Under the pieces are notes generated by a model. That model was not told the DNA's origin and made no database searches. It saw nothing but the letters and a program-made list of their open reading frames with translations. The translations under genes and the position numbers were made by a program. This document shows positions 16,333 through 25,951 of a DNA stretch of 64,000 nt, one piece after another. Origin of the DNA: Patescibacteria group bacterium (lineage in GTDB: Bacteria > Patescibacteriota > Dojkabacteria > GCA-002793355); NCBI GenBank assembly GCA_016860985.1, contig BOKM01000001.1, forward strand, positions 655,462 through 719,461, in the 5' to 3' direction. How positions within the stretch are numbered: position 1 is the stretch's first letter; each line of letters begins with the position of its first letter.

Positions 16333-17511
16333 TTATGCGCGCTGCGCTTTGAGAAGACTCCTATAATGTGCAAGTAGTTTGTCAGAGGTCTTTGTACTGT
16401 CGAATTGTTCCGCAAACGCGCGAGCCGACAATCCCATCGTTTTTATTGTGTCAGGATTCTTGTAGAGTGTGCGTATATACTGCGCACATCCTTCAATATC
16501 ACCTTCTTGAAAAAGAAAGCCGTTTTTACCAGGGGTAATTAAATCGATAGGGGCATTAACGCTTGCTGCTATTACCGGTAAACCTGAAAGCATAGCCTCG
16601 ATAAGTACTAGTCCTTGTGTTTCAAAAGGCGACGCGGTCACAAAAGCATCGCAAGAACTGTAGTATCTTGGTGTTTCTTTATTTGGGACCATTCCTACAA
16701 AGACAACTTTTTTTTGAAGGTTTAATTCTTTAGTCAATTTTTTGAGGTAATCTTTTGCTGGTCCATCTCCTACTAGAATGAGCTCGAGTTTTGGAAGTTC
16801 TTTCTGGACAATAGAAAGTGCGCGAAGGAGGGTGTCGGTTGCTTTTTCGTAACCGAGTCTTCCTAAATGAATGAGCTTGTTCGTAGGTGAAAAATCAGTT
16901 TTTACGGGGTATTGTTCTAGACTAACCCCGCTTGGAAGTACAACAACGGGAGACTTTATTCCCTGTTTTTTTAGCGTTGTAGCGATTATTTTGGTTGGTG
17001 CAATCACAGAGTCACAAATGTTAAAGAATATAAGTTGTAGTTTCCATGCAATTTGCGCAAGAACGGTATGTTCTGACTCTGTTGCCGAATCCAATTTCGC
17101 TCCAGGAAGTAAACGTTTTGGCGAAAGATACATTGATCCCATTGAAAAGAGCGTGTGATAGGTCCCAACAAGCCTGACCCCTAATATTTGAGAGAATATA
17201 ACCCCCAAAATCCCAAGCACAAAGGGGCTGTGGATATGAATAATGTCGGGTTTGAATTTTTTGAGCATCCGATACATGCCGACGAGGTTTGGGAGTGCGG
17301 CATGTACACCTGGATAGATAGGGAATGGTATGGAGCGGACGTATTTCTTTGTTACTCGACCTTGTTTCGTTTCTTTTGAAAAAACTGAATATGATGGGGC
17401 AAAAACGAGTACGTTATTATTTTCTGAGGCCTTTTCCGTATATTGTTCAACGGCCATAGTAACACCATTAATCAATGGATGATAGGTGTCTGTAAAATGC
17501 ACGATGTTCAT
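16333..17511 (-). CDS. GT4 glycosyltransferase (diacylglycerol glycosyltransferase-like)
   Basis: FTDTYHP.INGV, IHIHSPF, GTYHT, ETQGLVLIEAM. Confidence 0.9.
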   Translation of the reverse strand: MNIVHFTDTYHPLINGVTMAVEQYTEKASENNNVLVFAPSYSVFSKETKQGRVTKKYVRSIPFPIYPGVHAALPNLVGMYRMLKKFKPDIIHIHSPFVLGILGVIFSQILGVRLVGTYHTLFSMGSMYLSPKRLLPGAKLDSATESEHTVLAQIAWKLQLIFFNICDSVIAPTKIIATTLKKQGIKSPVVVLPSGVSLEQYPVKTDFSPTNKLIHLGRLGYEKATDTLLRALSIVQKELPKLELILVGDGPAKDYLKKLTKELNLQKKVVFVGMVPNKETPRYYSSCDAFVTASPFETQGLVLIEAMLSGLPVIAASVNAPIDLITPGKNGFLFQEGDIEGCAQYIRTLYKNPDTIKTMGLSARAFAEQFDSTKTSDKLLAHYRSLLKAQRA

Positions 17512-17548
17512 AGATTGTTGTGGTCATTGTAGCATGCTAGAATAATGC

Positions 17549-17698
17549 GTGAAATCAGATTTCTATTCACGAAGCAAAAAAATCGCGCTTGGTGTTATTG
17601 TTATCGCAATGGGGGCTCTTGGCGTTGCAGGTGGAAGCAGAACTATCTCGTTATTTAAACATTGGATTCACTCATTATTTCAAAAAGGAACAACATGA
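17549..17698 (+). CDS. Unannotated 49-aa single-TM protein (MKSDFYSRSKKIALGVIVIAMGALGVAGGSRTISLFKHWIHSLFQKGTT)
   Basis: Extended -10 TGcTAGAAT 5 nt before GTG; basic N-terminus plus hydrophobic helix; its TGA overlaps the GT2 ATG (ATGA). Confidence 0.65.
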   Translation: MKSDFYSRSKKIALGVIVIAMGALGVAGGSRTISLFKHWIHSLFQKGTT

Positions 17699-18486
17699 CT
17701 CATGTAAATAAGCCTGTGCTGCCAATTTCAATTATTATCCCCACGTATTCAGAAGAGGTTGCACTTCCAAAATTACTTAAAAGTATTAAAGAACAAGTAA
17801 TTGGTCCAGCGGAAATAATAGTCGCAGATGCCAATTCTCCTGACAAAACCAAAGAAATCGCGGAATCGTATGGTTGTATTGTAGTCGAAGGAGGCAAAAT
17901 CGCAGTCGGAAGAAACAATGGTGCAAGAGTCGCAAAAAGTGAGTACTTGCTGTTTATGGATGCTGATACCTGCTTGATGTCACCTACAACATTGCTTGAA
18001 GCATTTACAGAATTTGTAAAGAGAGAGGCCGATATCGCTTCTGCAGGCTTTAAACCAGATAAAGACGGTGCAACTTCGTTCGGATACGCAACGGGGTTTG
18101 TTATGTTTAACGCGTGGAATGCACTCCGAAACTTACAAAGTTTGTCTCAGTCACCTGCGCTAGAAGGTGGTGCTTTTGTGTTAATGAAACAGACCGTTTT
18201 TCGACATGTCAAAGGGTTTGATGAGCGCATGGGAATGGGTGAAGATCGTGATATTTTTGTACGTGCGGTCAAGCTTGGGTATAAGTATCTGCATTTGTCA
18301 CAAAATGTTCTGACTTCTACAAGGCGATATGACACACCAAAAAAGACCGCTAATTCAATAGTTTCGGGAATTGGTCTGTTTGTACTTCTTGGAAGTGGTA
18401 TTTATCTCGGCTCGCAATTGGCCAAAAGAGTATATGCAAAATACGGAAAAGGTGGCGGAGGTGAGGGGAGAGACCTTAATGAATAA
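17695..18486 (+). CDS. GT2 glycosyltransferase
   Basis: ISIIIPT, IIVAD..S.D.T, GRNNGA, FMDAD, GFDE..GED. Confidence 0.9.
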   Translation: MTHVNKPVLPISIIIPTYSEEVALPKLLKSIKEQVIGPAEIIVADANSPDKTKEIAESYGCIVVEGGKIAVGRNNGARVAKSEYLLFMDADTCLMSPTTLLEAFTEFVKREADIASAGFKPDKDGATSFGYATGFVMFNAWNALRNLQSLSQSPALEGGAFVLMKQTVFRHVKGFDERMGMGEDRDIFVRAVKLGYKYLHLSQNVLTSTRRYDTPKKTANSIVSGIGLFVLLGSGIYLGSQLAKRVYAKYGKGGGGEGRDLNE

Positions 18487-19003
18487 CTCTTCGCTTTGTA
18501 TATCATGCAGAGCAATTACTCAATCAGAGTACAGCTCCTCGCGCAAAGCAATTAAGCTGTTTCCTGATTTATCGTTTCTTAAATATTCGGTTGTGCAGCA
18601 TTTAACCGAATGCTATGTTGCCGAAATTGACGGTGTTTTCGCCGGTTTTTGCGGTATCCAGTATGGCCGTGGGTGGTGGAAGCTTGGTCCAATTGTGGTA
18701 CTTCCCGAATTCCAGAAACATGGCGTAGGTTCGGCGCTTTTGCTCCATGTTGTTGAGAAAAGTAAAAACCGACCGACATACTTTGGCACCTCAAATATTA
18801 AGATTAAGGAGTATGGAAGAAAAATTGGAGCGAAAGAGATTGGAAGTTTCTTTTCGCTGCCGTGGGCAATAAAGCTGGCTGCTATCGGTTTTTTGTTTGA
18901 ATATTTGTCACTACAGTTTTTGTGGGAGAGTTTGCGCAAGTTCTTTCGTTATGGAAGAGGTAAGTACACATATTTTTTGCTACCTGGCACTGCGACCTTG
19001 TAA
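18479..19003 (+). CDS. GNAT-family acetyltransferase
   Basis: Motif A VVLPEFQKHGVGSALL; ATG 18479 overlaps the GT2 end. Confidence 0.8.
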   Translation: MNNSSLCISCRAITQSEYSSSRKAIKLFPDLSFLKYSVVQHLTECYVAEIDGVFAGFCGIQYGRGWWKLGPIVVLPEFQKHGVGSALLLHVVEKSKNRPTYFGTSNIKIKEYGRKIGAKEIGSFFSLPWAIKLAAIGFLFEYLSLQFLWESLRKFFRYGRGKYTYFLLPGTATL

Positions 19004-19035
19004 TTATGCATAATTGTGCTGTATAATACCTATCG

Positions 19036-19120
19036 ATCAAAGACAGCAAGGCTCTTAGCGATAAGAAGTAAAAATCTTGCCGAGGTCAAAAGTACACATT
19101 TTCCCCTCACGTCTTTGGTT
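19036..19120 (+). promoter_or_regulatory. L10 leader (autogenous rplJ-rplL translational regulator)
   Basis: AAGACAGCAAGG...TCTTGCCGAGG core closed by CAAAGAC/GTCTTTG, between TATAAT (19022) and the rplJ ATG; resembles the Rfam L10_leader consensus (by eye, not scanned). Confidence 0.75.
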
Positions 19121-19145
19121 ACAAGTAAATTGGTTTTATACAAAC

Positions 19146-19715
19146 ATGCCAAAGAATAAGGCACAAAAAGCAGAGTTAATGTCCCAATATCAAGATGTTG
19201 TTTCCAAGTCGAACTTTATTGTTATCGAAACAAATCAAGTACCAGCACGAGCAATCACTACACTTCGTAAGCTTCTTTCTGAAGTTGATGCAAAACTTTA
19301 CGTTATTAAGAACACTGTTTTCGCAAAAGCAGCAGAGAAAGTAGAGAATATGGATACAACCAAATTCGTTGGTCCTCTCGCAGTAATCGAAGGTGGAAAC
19401 GACGTGTCAGAAGCACTAAAAAAACTCGAAGAAGCAACTAAAGAAGCAAAAGCACTCTTGTCACTTACAGGAAAAGACGATGAAACCGTAAAGAAGTATG
19501 TACCATTCTCCTATAAACTGGGATATGTCAGTGGAACCGTACTAAATGATCAAGATGTCGTTCGTTTGTCACAACTCCCAGACAGAAAGACAGTATTGGC
19601 GCAATTCGTTGGTACTTTGGCCGCACCAATCTCTGGATTACTCAATGTTATGCAAGGCGTTCCAAGAGCGTTTATGTATACATTAACTGATTTACAGAAT
19701 AAGAAGGCCGAGTAG
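19146..19715 (+). CDS. rplJ: 50S ribosomal protein L10
   Basis: LRK.L..VIKNT, GPLA, LSQLP.R..LAQ..G.L.API; ATG 19146; upstream of rplL. Confidence 0.93.
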   Translation: MPKNKAQKAELMSQYQDVVSKSNFIVIETNQVPARAITTLRKLLSEVDAKLYVIKNTVFAKAAEKVENMDTTKFVGPLAVIEGGNDVSEALKKLEEATKEAKALLSLTGKDDETVKKYVPFSYKLGYVSGTVLNDQDVVRLSQLPDRKTVLAQFVGTLAAPISGLLNVMQGVPRAFMYTLTDLQNKKAE

Positions 19716-19762
19716 TTCAGCTACAAGGTTTTTTTAGACAACATAATATTAAAGAGAGAAAC

Positions 19763-20146
19763 ATGGCAGAACTCAACAAAAAACAACAGGAAGTTCTCGA
19801 CCTCGTTTCCGAGATGAGCGTTCTCGAACTTGCCGATTTAGTAAAGGCAATGGAAGAGAAGTTCGGCGTCAGCGCAGCAGCTCCAGCAGTTGCAGTCGCA
19901 GCTCCAGCAGCAGCGGCAGCTCCAGCAGAGGAGAAGTCAATCTTTGACGTAGTTCTCGAAAATGCAGGCTCAAACAAGATCGGAGTAATTAAGGTTGTAA
20001 AAGATCTTACCGGACTTGGTCTTACCGAAGCAAAAGACTTCGTAGAGGCAGCACCAAAGACACTTAAGGAAGGTGTCGCAAAAGCAGAAGCAGAAGAAAT
20101 TGCAGCCAAGCTTAAAGAAGCAGGTGCAACGGTTACTGTTAAGTAG
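19763..20146 (+). CDS. rplL: 50S ribosomal protein L7/L12
   Basis: [27 protein letters not shown]. Confidence 0.98.
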   Translation: MAELNKKQQEVLDLVSEMSVLELADLVKAMEEKFGVSAAAPAVAVAAPAAAAAPAEEKSIFDVVLENAGSNKIGVIKVVKDLTGLGLTEAKDFVEAAPKTLKEGVAKAEAEEIAAKLKEAGATVTVK

Positions 20147-20170
20147 CTTAACTCGGATTTATTCCGATAA

Positions 20171-20205
20171 AAAAGAGGGGGTCGTAAGGCTCCCTCTTTT
20201 TTTTT
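20171..20205 (+). terminator. Intrinsic terminator after rplL
   Basis: AAAAGAGGGGGTC-GTAA-GGCTCCCTCTTTT followed by a T run. Confidence 0.85.
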
Positions 20206-20234
20206 ATGTCGTAGCGTTGCGGTACAATAACGGT

Positions 20235-20501
20235 ATGAAGAACATAATAGTAGTAATTATGGTTGTCGTCGGAGTCGTTTTCGCAGCTTTTTTCTTTATC
20301 TCCCGCAATAATCGGAGTGAAACCCCTTTGAATGTCTGTAATGTCACTATTTTAGGCGTTACTTATGATGTTACAAGCTTTAGAAAACAGCATGAAGGAG
20401 GAGATATCTTCGAGTGCGGAACGGACATGACAAAGCAATTTACCCAGCAGCACGGCGAAGATCTACAACGTTTACAGCGTTATCTCAATAAGGCGCAGTA
20501 G
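20235..20501 (+). CDS. Small membrane-anchored cytochrome b5-like heme-binding protein
   Basis: TM helix then YDVT.F...HEGG...CGTD.T..F...H; ATG 20235 (TACAAT 6 nt upstream). Confidence 0.85.
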   Translation: MKNIIVVIMVVVGVVFAAFFFISRNNRSETPLNVCNVTILGVTYDVTSFRKQHEGGDIFECGTDMTKQFTQQHGEDLQRLQRYLNKAQ

Positions 20502-20568
20502 TGTTCTTATTAGAGCGACATAATGTGAAACAGTTGAACCGCTCGAATAGGTGTCGTACACTGTGCAC

Positions 20569-22245
20569 ATGCCATCGCTTTACAGTACACATAGACCCAA
20601 AGAATTTTCTCAGCTGATAGGCCAGTCTCATATTACAAAACTACTTAAAGCCGAACTTTCCAAAGGTTTACTTGGTCATGCGTATCTCTTTATAGGTCCT
20701 CGCGGTACTGGTAAAACAACCACGGCACGTATTCTGGCAAAAGCTCTCAATTGTGAAAAATTAAAGAATGGTGAACCCTGTGGAGTTTGTGGTATGTGCA
20801 CAGCTTTTGAAGAGGGTAAGTTTATTGACCTCTTTGAAATAGACGCAGCTTCAAACCGAGGTATCGATGAAATTCGTGAAATCAAAGAGAAGATCGAATA
20901 TAACCCCACAATGGGAAAGCAAAAGGTCTATATCATCGACGAAGTGCACATGTTAACCAAAGAAGCTTTTAATGCACTACTTAAAACGCTCGAAGAACCT
21001 CCCTCTTTTGTAACATTCATACTTGCAACCACGGAACCACACAAAGTTCCCGCCACTATAATGTCTCGATGTGAAAAATACGAATTCCGTTTAGGTGGAT
21101 CGAAAGAACTCTTGCAATCACTTTCCGGAATTATGGAGGCAGAGCACATCAAAATCGACAAAAAAGGGCTTGATTTACTTGTTACTCATTCCGGTGGTAG
21201 TTATCGAGATGCAGCATCGCTTCTGGATACAATTATTGCCTCAACAGGGGATAAGGAAATTACATTTGCTGAAATTCGAAGTGCCTTAGGGTTACCTGAT
21301 GCAGAACTTGTAAACACCTATATGATGGCTATTGCAGAGAGGTCACTTGGGAGCGCGCTTGCAACGTTAGAAGAGATTTTTTCGCGAGGTACCAACATAT
21401 CACAATTTATTAAATCAGTAATTCTTCTCGCCCGAGACAGCATGCTCGATAAAGAAAAGGCTCAAGAAGTTAGTACAGAACTCGCGAACTTGGGAAAGCC
21501 CAGATTTCTTGAAATTATCAAGGTGTTGCTGGACGCTTATAGTGCACAAAAGTACGCGTTCGACCAACGGCTTCCGCTCCAACTCGCCACAATTCAACTT
21601 ATTCCAGAACAAGAAGCACCTCTTGACGCTACTCGCATATCAAAAGTAGTAAAAGAAACAAGTACCGCAACATCGCTTTCCGAAGAAACACAAATGGCTT
21701 CTGTGCAAGCTTCAGTTCCAGAAGTCAAAACCATACTTCAAAAAGAAGCTGAAGTATTACCAAAACCAAAAAAGAAATTAAAAAAGAAAAAAGCGAAAAA
21801 GGTAGAAGCAAAGCCGGTACCGTTTGATACAATCGTTGATTTATGGGGAACTTTTACGGCAGAAGTAAGAAAAGACCATCAGCATCTATATACCTTTTTA
21901 GTACCAGCAATTCCTTGTGGTGTTCAGTTTGATGCGCAACTCAAGGTATTAAAGGTCGAAGTTAAGGTTCCTTTTGACTTCCACAAAAAGCAACTTGAAA
22001 ATCCGAAGCATCAGATTGCCATGGCAGAGGCAGCATTAAAAGTATATGGTACGCCAGTGCAATTTATTTGTATTTTAAGTAAGGATCAAATCGTCTTTAA
22101 AAAAGAGGTTGTTCACGATTCGTCGCAATCGCCACTTGCAACCGAAAATCCACTCGTGCAAAAGATTGAACCGAACAGTGTCGAGTCAAGTTTAGAGTCT
22201 GCGTTTGATTCTGTTTTAGGGGCAGATGTTGAAACTCTTGGGTAA
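20569..22245 (+). CDS. dnaX: DNA polymerase III subunit gamma/tau
   Basis: GPRGTGKT, Zn motif C..C, EIDAAS, IIDEVHML, SRC; ATG 20569. Confidence 0.96.
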   Translation: MPSLYSTHRPKEFSQLIGQSHITKLLKAELSKGLLGHAYLFIGPRGTGKTTTARILAKALNCEKLKNGEPCGVCGMCTAFEEGKFIDLFEIDAASNRGIDEIREIKEKIEYNPTMGKQKVYIIDEVHMLTKEAFNALLKTLEEPPSFVTFILATTEPHKVPATIMSRCEKYEFRLGGSKELLQSLSGIMEAEHIKIDKKGLDLLVTHSGGSYRDAASLLDTIIASTGDKEITFAEIRSALGLPDAELVNTYMMAIAERSLGSALATLEEIFSRGTNISQFIKSVILLARDSMLDKEKAQEVSTELANLGKPRFLEIIKVLLDAYSAQKYAFDQRLPLQLATIQLIPEQEAPLDATRISKVVKETSTATSLSEETQMASVQASVPEVKTILQKEAEVLPKPKKKLKKKKAKKVEAKPVPFDTIVDLWGTFTAEVRKDHQHLYTFLVPAIPCGVQFDAQLKVLKVEVKVPFDFHKKQLENPKHQIAMAEAALKVYGTPVQFICILSKDQIVFKKEVVHDSSQSPLATENPLVQKIEPNSVESSLESAFDSVLGADVETLG

Positions 22246-22265
22246 TATAAGTATTATGGTGCGTT

Positions 22266-25200
22266 ATGGCTGAGCAATCGTTTGTCCACTTACATCTTCA
22301 TTCAGAGTACTCCATGCTTGATGGGCTTATTAAGCTCAAAGAGTTGGGAGCTAAAGCCAAAGAGTTTGGTATGTCGAGTGTTGCGCTTACTGATCACGGT
22401 GTTATGCATGGCGTTGTTGAGTTTGCAAAAGTTGCAAAAGAAAATGAACTTAAGCCTATTTTTGGAGTTGAGACATATATCGCAAAAGATTTCAGGAGTA
22501 GAGAAGGTAGCATCCGCAAAAATGATGACGAAGATAAACTTTACTATCACCTGACTCTGCTTGCCAAGAATTTTACTGGTTACAAGAATTTGCTCAAACT
22601 AGTATCCATCGCAAACACTGAGGGGTTTTATTACAAACCCCGTATCGACAAAGAGCTTTTAAAACAACATAGCGAGGGTTTGCTCGCGCTAAGTGGGTGT
22701 TACGGTGGAGAGATTCCAGGGGCATTCTGGTCAAATAAAAATAACCCAGAAGCGGGAATGAAAAAGGCAATGGGGCTTGTCGAAGAATATGGTTCAATCT
22801 TTGGAGATGATTTTTACATCGAAATCCAGCGCAAAACTTCGGATCAGGCAAGTCAGGATTTTATGGATCCTCTGCTTATCGATTTAGCGAAAAGAGTAAA
22901 TAGAAAACTTGTTGCATCAGGAGATGTTCACTATCTTCTGCACGAAGACGCAAAAATCCAAGATATCTTCTGGGCTATTCAAGAAGGCAGAACAATTTAT
23001 GATCCAAAGCACAAGCCAATGCATACCGATCAGCTGTATTTTAAAAGTCCGGCCGAAATGTATGAGTTGTTCTCTGATGTTCCAGACGCCCCCTTTAATA
23101 CTAATGAAGTTGCCGAAAAAATCGAGAAATATTCAATCTTTTTTGACCGAGTTCAGCCAAAATACCCAGATGTTCCAGAGGGTATGACCGCAGGAGATTT
23201 GCTTAGGGACCACGCATATGAAGGTGCAAAGGAACGATACGGTGAGATAACTGATGCAACGCGAGAACGACTTGATTATGAACTGAAAATTATTCACGAC
23301 AAAGGGTACGATGATTACTTTTTGATCGTTGCTGATTATATCCGCTGGGCGCGAAGTCAGGGGATTATTGTTGGGCCAGGGCGTGGATCAGGTGCGGGTA
23401 GCGTTGTTGCTTACACAACGAGGATTACAGATATTGATCCGTTTTGGTGGGGTTTGCAGTTTGAACGATTCTTAAACCCGTATAGACCGTCTCCTCCTGA
23501 CTTTGATATTGACTTTCAAGACGACCGCCGAGACGAAGTTATTCGATATATAGAACAAAAATATGGCCACGACAACGTGTCGGCAATTTGTGCGATTGGT
23601 CGAATGGATACAAAAGCAGCAATTAGAGATGTTTCTCGCGCGCTTGCCATTCCATTAGATCAAGCAGACAAAGTTGCAAAGATGATTCCTGTAAAAAGAG
23701 GCAAACCAATGCCAATTGCAGAAGCAATGGAATCAATGCCGGAATTCAGAAGTTATGTAGAAGCAGATCCCAAGTTGGTCCAGATGGTGGAAGCAGTGAA
23801 GAGAATTAAGAAAATTGCCCGTAATGTTTCAGTACATGCCTGTGGCTACGTGATAACGCCGAATCCAATTGTGGAATATGTGCCTGAAAGGCGCGCTCCA
23901 CAAAATACAGATTTGGTTATTACTCAGATAGAAGGTGCGTATCTAGAGGATGTTGGGCTTATGAAATATGACTTCTTGGGCTTGCGCACGCTGACAGTCT
24001 TGAAAAATGCCGAGAATGCAATTAATAAGCAGCACGGTATAGTTATTGACTGGGAAAAACAACCTATAGATGACAAGAAAGCGTATGTCTTGTTTCAGAA
24101 AGCATTGACTGACGGTATCTTCCAGTTTGAAAGTCAAGGAATGAAAAAATATTTGGTAGAACTAGTTCCTGAAAATATTCTCGACATTTGTTTCATGTGT
24201 GCTGCGTATCGCCCCGGTCCTATGGCATATATCCCAGATTATATCGAGCGCAAACATGGACGGAAAAAGATTGAATATCTCCACCCAGACATGGAAGTGT
24301 TGCTTAAAGAGACAATGGGTTATGCAATTTACCAGGAGCAAGTTATGGCGATTGCCGTCGCTATGGCAGGGTATACGATCGGTGAAGCAGACCTTTTGCG
24401 ACGAGCCATGGGTAAAAAGAAGAAAGAAATTCTTGACCAAGAGAAACCAAAATTCTTTGAAGGTATGGCTAAGAAAGGTTATACACAAGAGCTTGCAGAA
24501 CAGGTGTTCTCGTACTTGTTGCCTTTTGCTGACTATGGATTCAATAAATCACATTCAGCTTGTTACGCCGTAGTTGCATATCGCACGGCGTATTTAAAGG
24601 CGCACCATCCAATCGAGTTTATCGTCGGTTTGATGCAAGCAGATATGGGGCATGCAGATAAGCTAGAAGGTGATCTTGCTCAGGCAGTTTCTATGCATAT
24701 TCAGGTACTCCCTCCACAAATTAACCAGAGTAACTTAGAGTTCTCGATTGAATACCATAACGATGAACTTGAAAAAAAATGGTTAGATGACAACTTTGCC
24801 GAAGAGTTGGAGAAGCTAAAAGCAAAAGGTGAATATCATTATATTGGGTCTATTCGATATGGGTTAAAAGGTATCAAGGGGGCAAGCCAAAAAGCGCTTG
24901 AGGCGATTATCGAAGAACGTGGCAAAGGGGGTGAATTCAAACACCTTGACGATTTGATATCAAGGGTCGACTTAGACCGTGTTGACAAGAAAACACTATT
25001 AATTTTGGCTCAGGCAGGGGCACTCAATGACTGGGGTGAACGGAATGCCTTAATCACATTAATCCCCGTGCTTTACGACAGATACAAAGCAGGTACAAAA
25101 AAAGACAATGTCGAACAAATTAGCATGTTTGCCTTTGGTGGTGAGCAAAAACAAGAATTAATTCAGCAGACAGCAATGCCGCAGGTAGAGCCAGTGTCAA

Positions 25201-25844
25201 TTATGCAGATTCTTAAGTGGGAAAAAGATTTATTCGGAATCTATCTATCTTCTCACCCTCTTCATCAATACACCGACTATTTTATGTCGATTGGTGCCAA
25301 ATCTTTAGACGAAGCGATAGCCGAGCTCCCCTCTGAAGAGATTTTTATTGGCGCACAAATCTCTAGAATGAAAAAGTTGAACACAAAAAACGGTGACATG
25401 ATGGCCTTTCTTGATCTCGAAGATACAACATCGCAAGTGAGTGCTGTACTGTTCCCACGTACGTATCAACAATTTGCCAAATTGCTGCTTGAAAAGGCGG
25501 ATGCGTTAAATGAGGCATTCGTGTTCAAGGGGCGAATAGATAAGCGTTTGGATAAAGTGAGTTTTGTCATTTCGAATTTCGAGTTGGTTACTCCAGATGC
25601 AACAGCCAAAAAATCCCATCAGGTAACCGCGATTAAAGTTAAGCTGCTTCCTAAACTCTCCCGAGAGGATCTTGATTCTTTAAAGGCGTTTATCGCAGCT
25701 CACCCAGGTGATGTTAAGCTTTCTTTTGAGTTACCTGCCGCACAAGGTACAAAGATTGTTGCGTATAAAGGCGGGATTTCATACTCTTTCGAGATTAAGA
25801 AAACGCTCAAGCGTTTTGGTGATGTGGTTGAATCAGGTCAATAG
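22266..25844 (+). CDS. dnaE: DNA polymerase III alpha subunit
   Basis: PHP HLHLHSEYS/TDH, GRGSGAGS, PDFDIDF, KYDFLGL, YGFNKSHS, OB fold. Confidence 0.97.
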   Translation: MAEQSFVHLHLHSEYSMLDGLIKLKELGAKAKEFGMSSVALTDHGVMHGVVEFAKVAKENELKPIFGVETYIAKDFRSREGSIRKNDDEDKLYYHLTLLAKNFTGYKNLLKLVSIANTEGFYYKPRIDKELLKQHSEGLLALSGCYGGEIPGAFWSNKNNPEAGMKKAMGLVEEYGSIFGDDFYIEIQRKTSDQASQDFMDPLLIDLAKRVNRKLVASGDVHYLLHEDAKIQDIFWAIQEGRTIYDPKHKPMHTDQLYFKSPAEMYELFSDVPDAPFNTNEVAEKIEKYSIFFDRVQPKYPDVPEGMTAGDLLRDHAYEGAKERYGEITDATRERLDYELKIIHDKGYDDYFLIVADYIRWARSQGIIVGPGRGSGAGSVVAYTTRITDIDPFWWGLQFERFLNPYRPSPPDFDIDFQDDRRDEVIRYIEQKYGHDNVSAICAIGRMDTKAAIRDVSRALAIPLDQADKVAKMIPVKRGKPMPIAEAMESMPEFRSYVEADPKLVQMVEAVKRIKKIARNVSVHACGYVITPNPIVEYVPERRAPQNTDLVITQIEGAYLEDVGLMKYDFLGLRTLTVLKNAENAINKQHGIVIDWEKQPIDDKKAYVLFQKALTDGIFQFESQGMKKYLVELVPENILDICFMCAAYRPGPMAYIPDYIERKHGRKKIEYLHPDMEVLLKETMGYAIYQEQVMAIAVAMAGYTIGEADLLRRAMGKKKKEILDQEKPKFFEGMAKKGYTQELAEQVFSYLLPFADYGFNKSHSACYAVVAYRTAYLKAHHPIEFIVGLMQADMGHADKLEGDLAQAVSMHIQVLPPQINQSNLEFSIEYHNDELEKKWLDDNFAEELEKLKAKGEYHYIGSIRYGLKGIKGASQKALEAIIEERGKGGEFKHLDDLISRVDLDRVDKKTLLILAQAGALNDWGERNALITLIPVLYDRYKAGTKKDNVEQISMFAFGGEQKQELIQQTAMPQVEPVSIMQILKWEKDLFGIYLSSHPLHQYTDYFMSIGAKSLDEAIAELPSEEIFIGAQISRMKKLNTKNGDMMAFLDLEDTTSQVSAVLFPRTYQQFAKLLLEKADALNEAFVFKGRIDKRLDKVSFVISNFELVTPDATAKKSHQVTAIKVKLLPKLSREDLDSLKAFIAAHPGDVKLSFELPAAQGTKIVAYKGGISYSFEIKKTLKRFGDVVESGQ

Positions 25845-25876
25845 TGTGTAAAGTTTTTCTTATAGTGATATAGGCC

Positions 25877-25895
25877 TGTGGACAAGTTATCCACG
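25877..25895. promoter_or_regulatory. Inverted pair of DnaA boxes upstream of dnaA
   Basis: TGTGGACAA (25877-85) and TTATCCACG (25887-95), each one mismatch from TTATCCACA. Confidence 0.7.
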
Positions 25896-25951
25896 GTGTG
25901 ATATGACTACGTTATGTGTTACCACAGGCTGAAATTTATGCTTAAAAAAAT

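Noticed and set aside
19717-20109. Antisense and alternative-frame ORFs in the track (e.g. opposite rplL, tRNA-Lys, mreB, the Thr-rich gene)
   Set aside because: Shadows of real genes caused by codon bias or low complexity; no recognisable motifs or initiation signals.
24750-24850. Intein in dnaE
   Set aside because: The extra segment (about 30 aa, EYHNDELEKKW...) is too short and lacks Cys/Ser start and His-Asn end splicing motifs.
25845-25951. Confident oriC call
   Set aside because: Only two good DnaA boxes, no clear unwinding element, no dnaN, and no switch in gene orientation.
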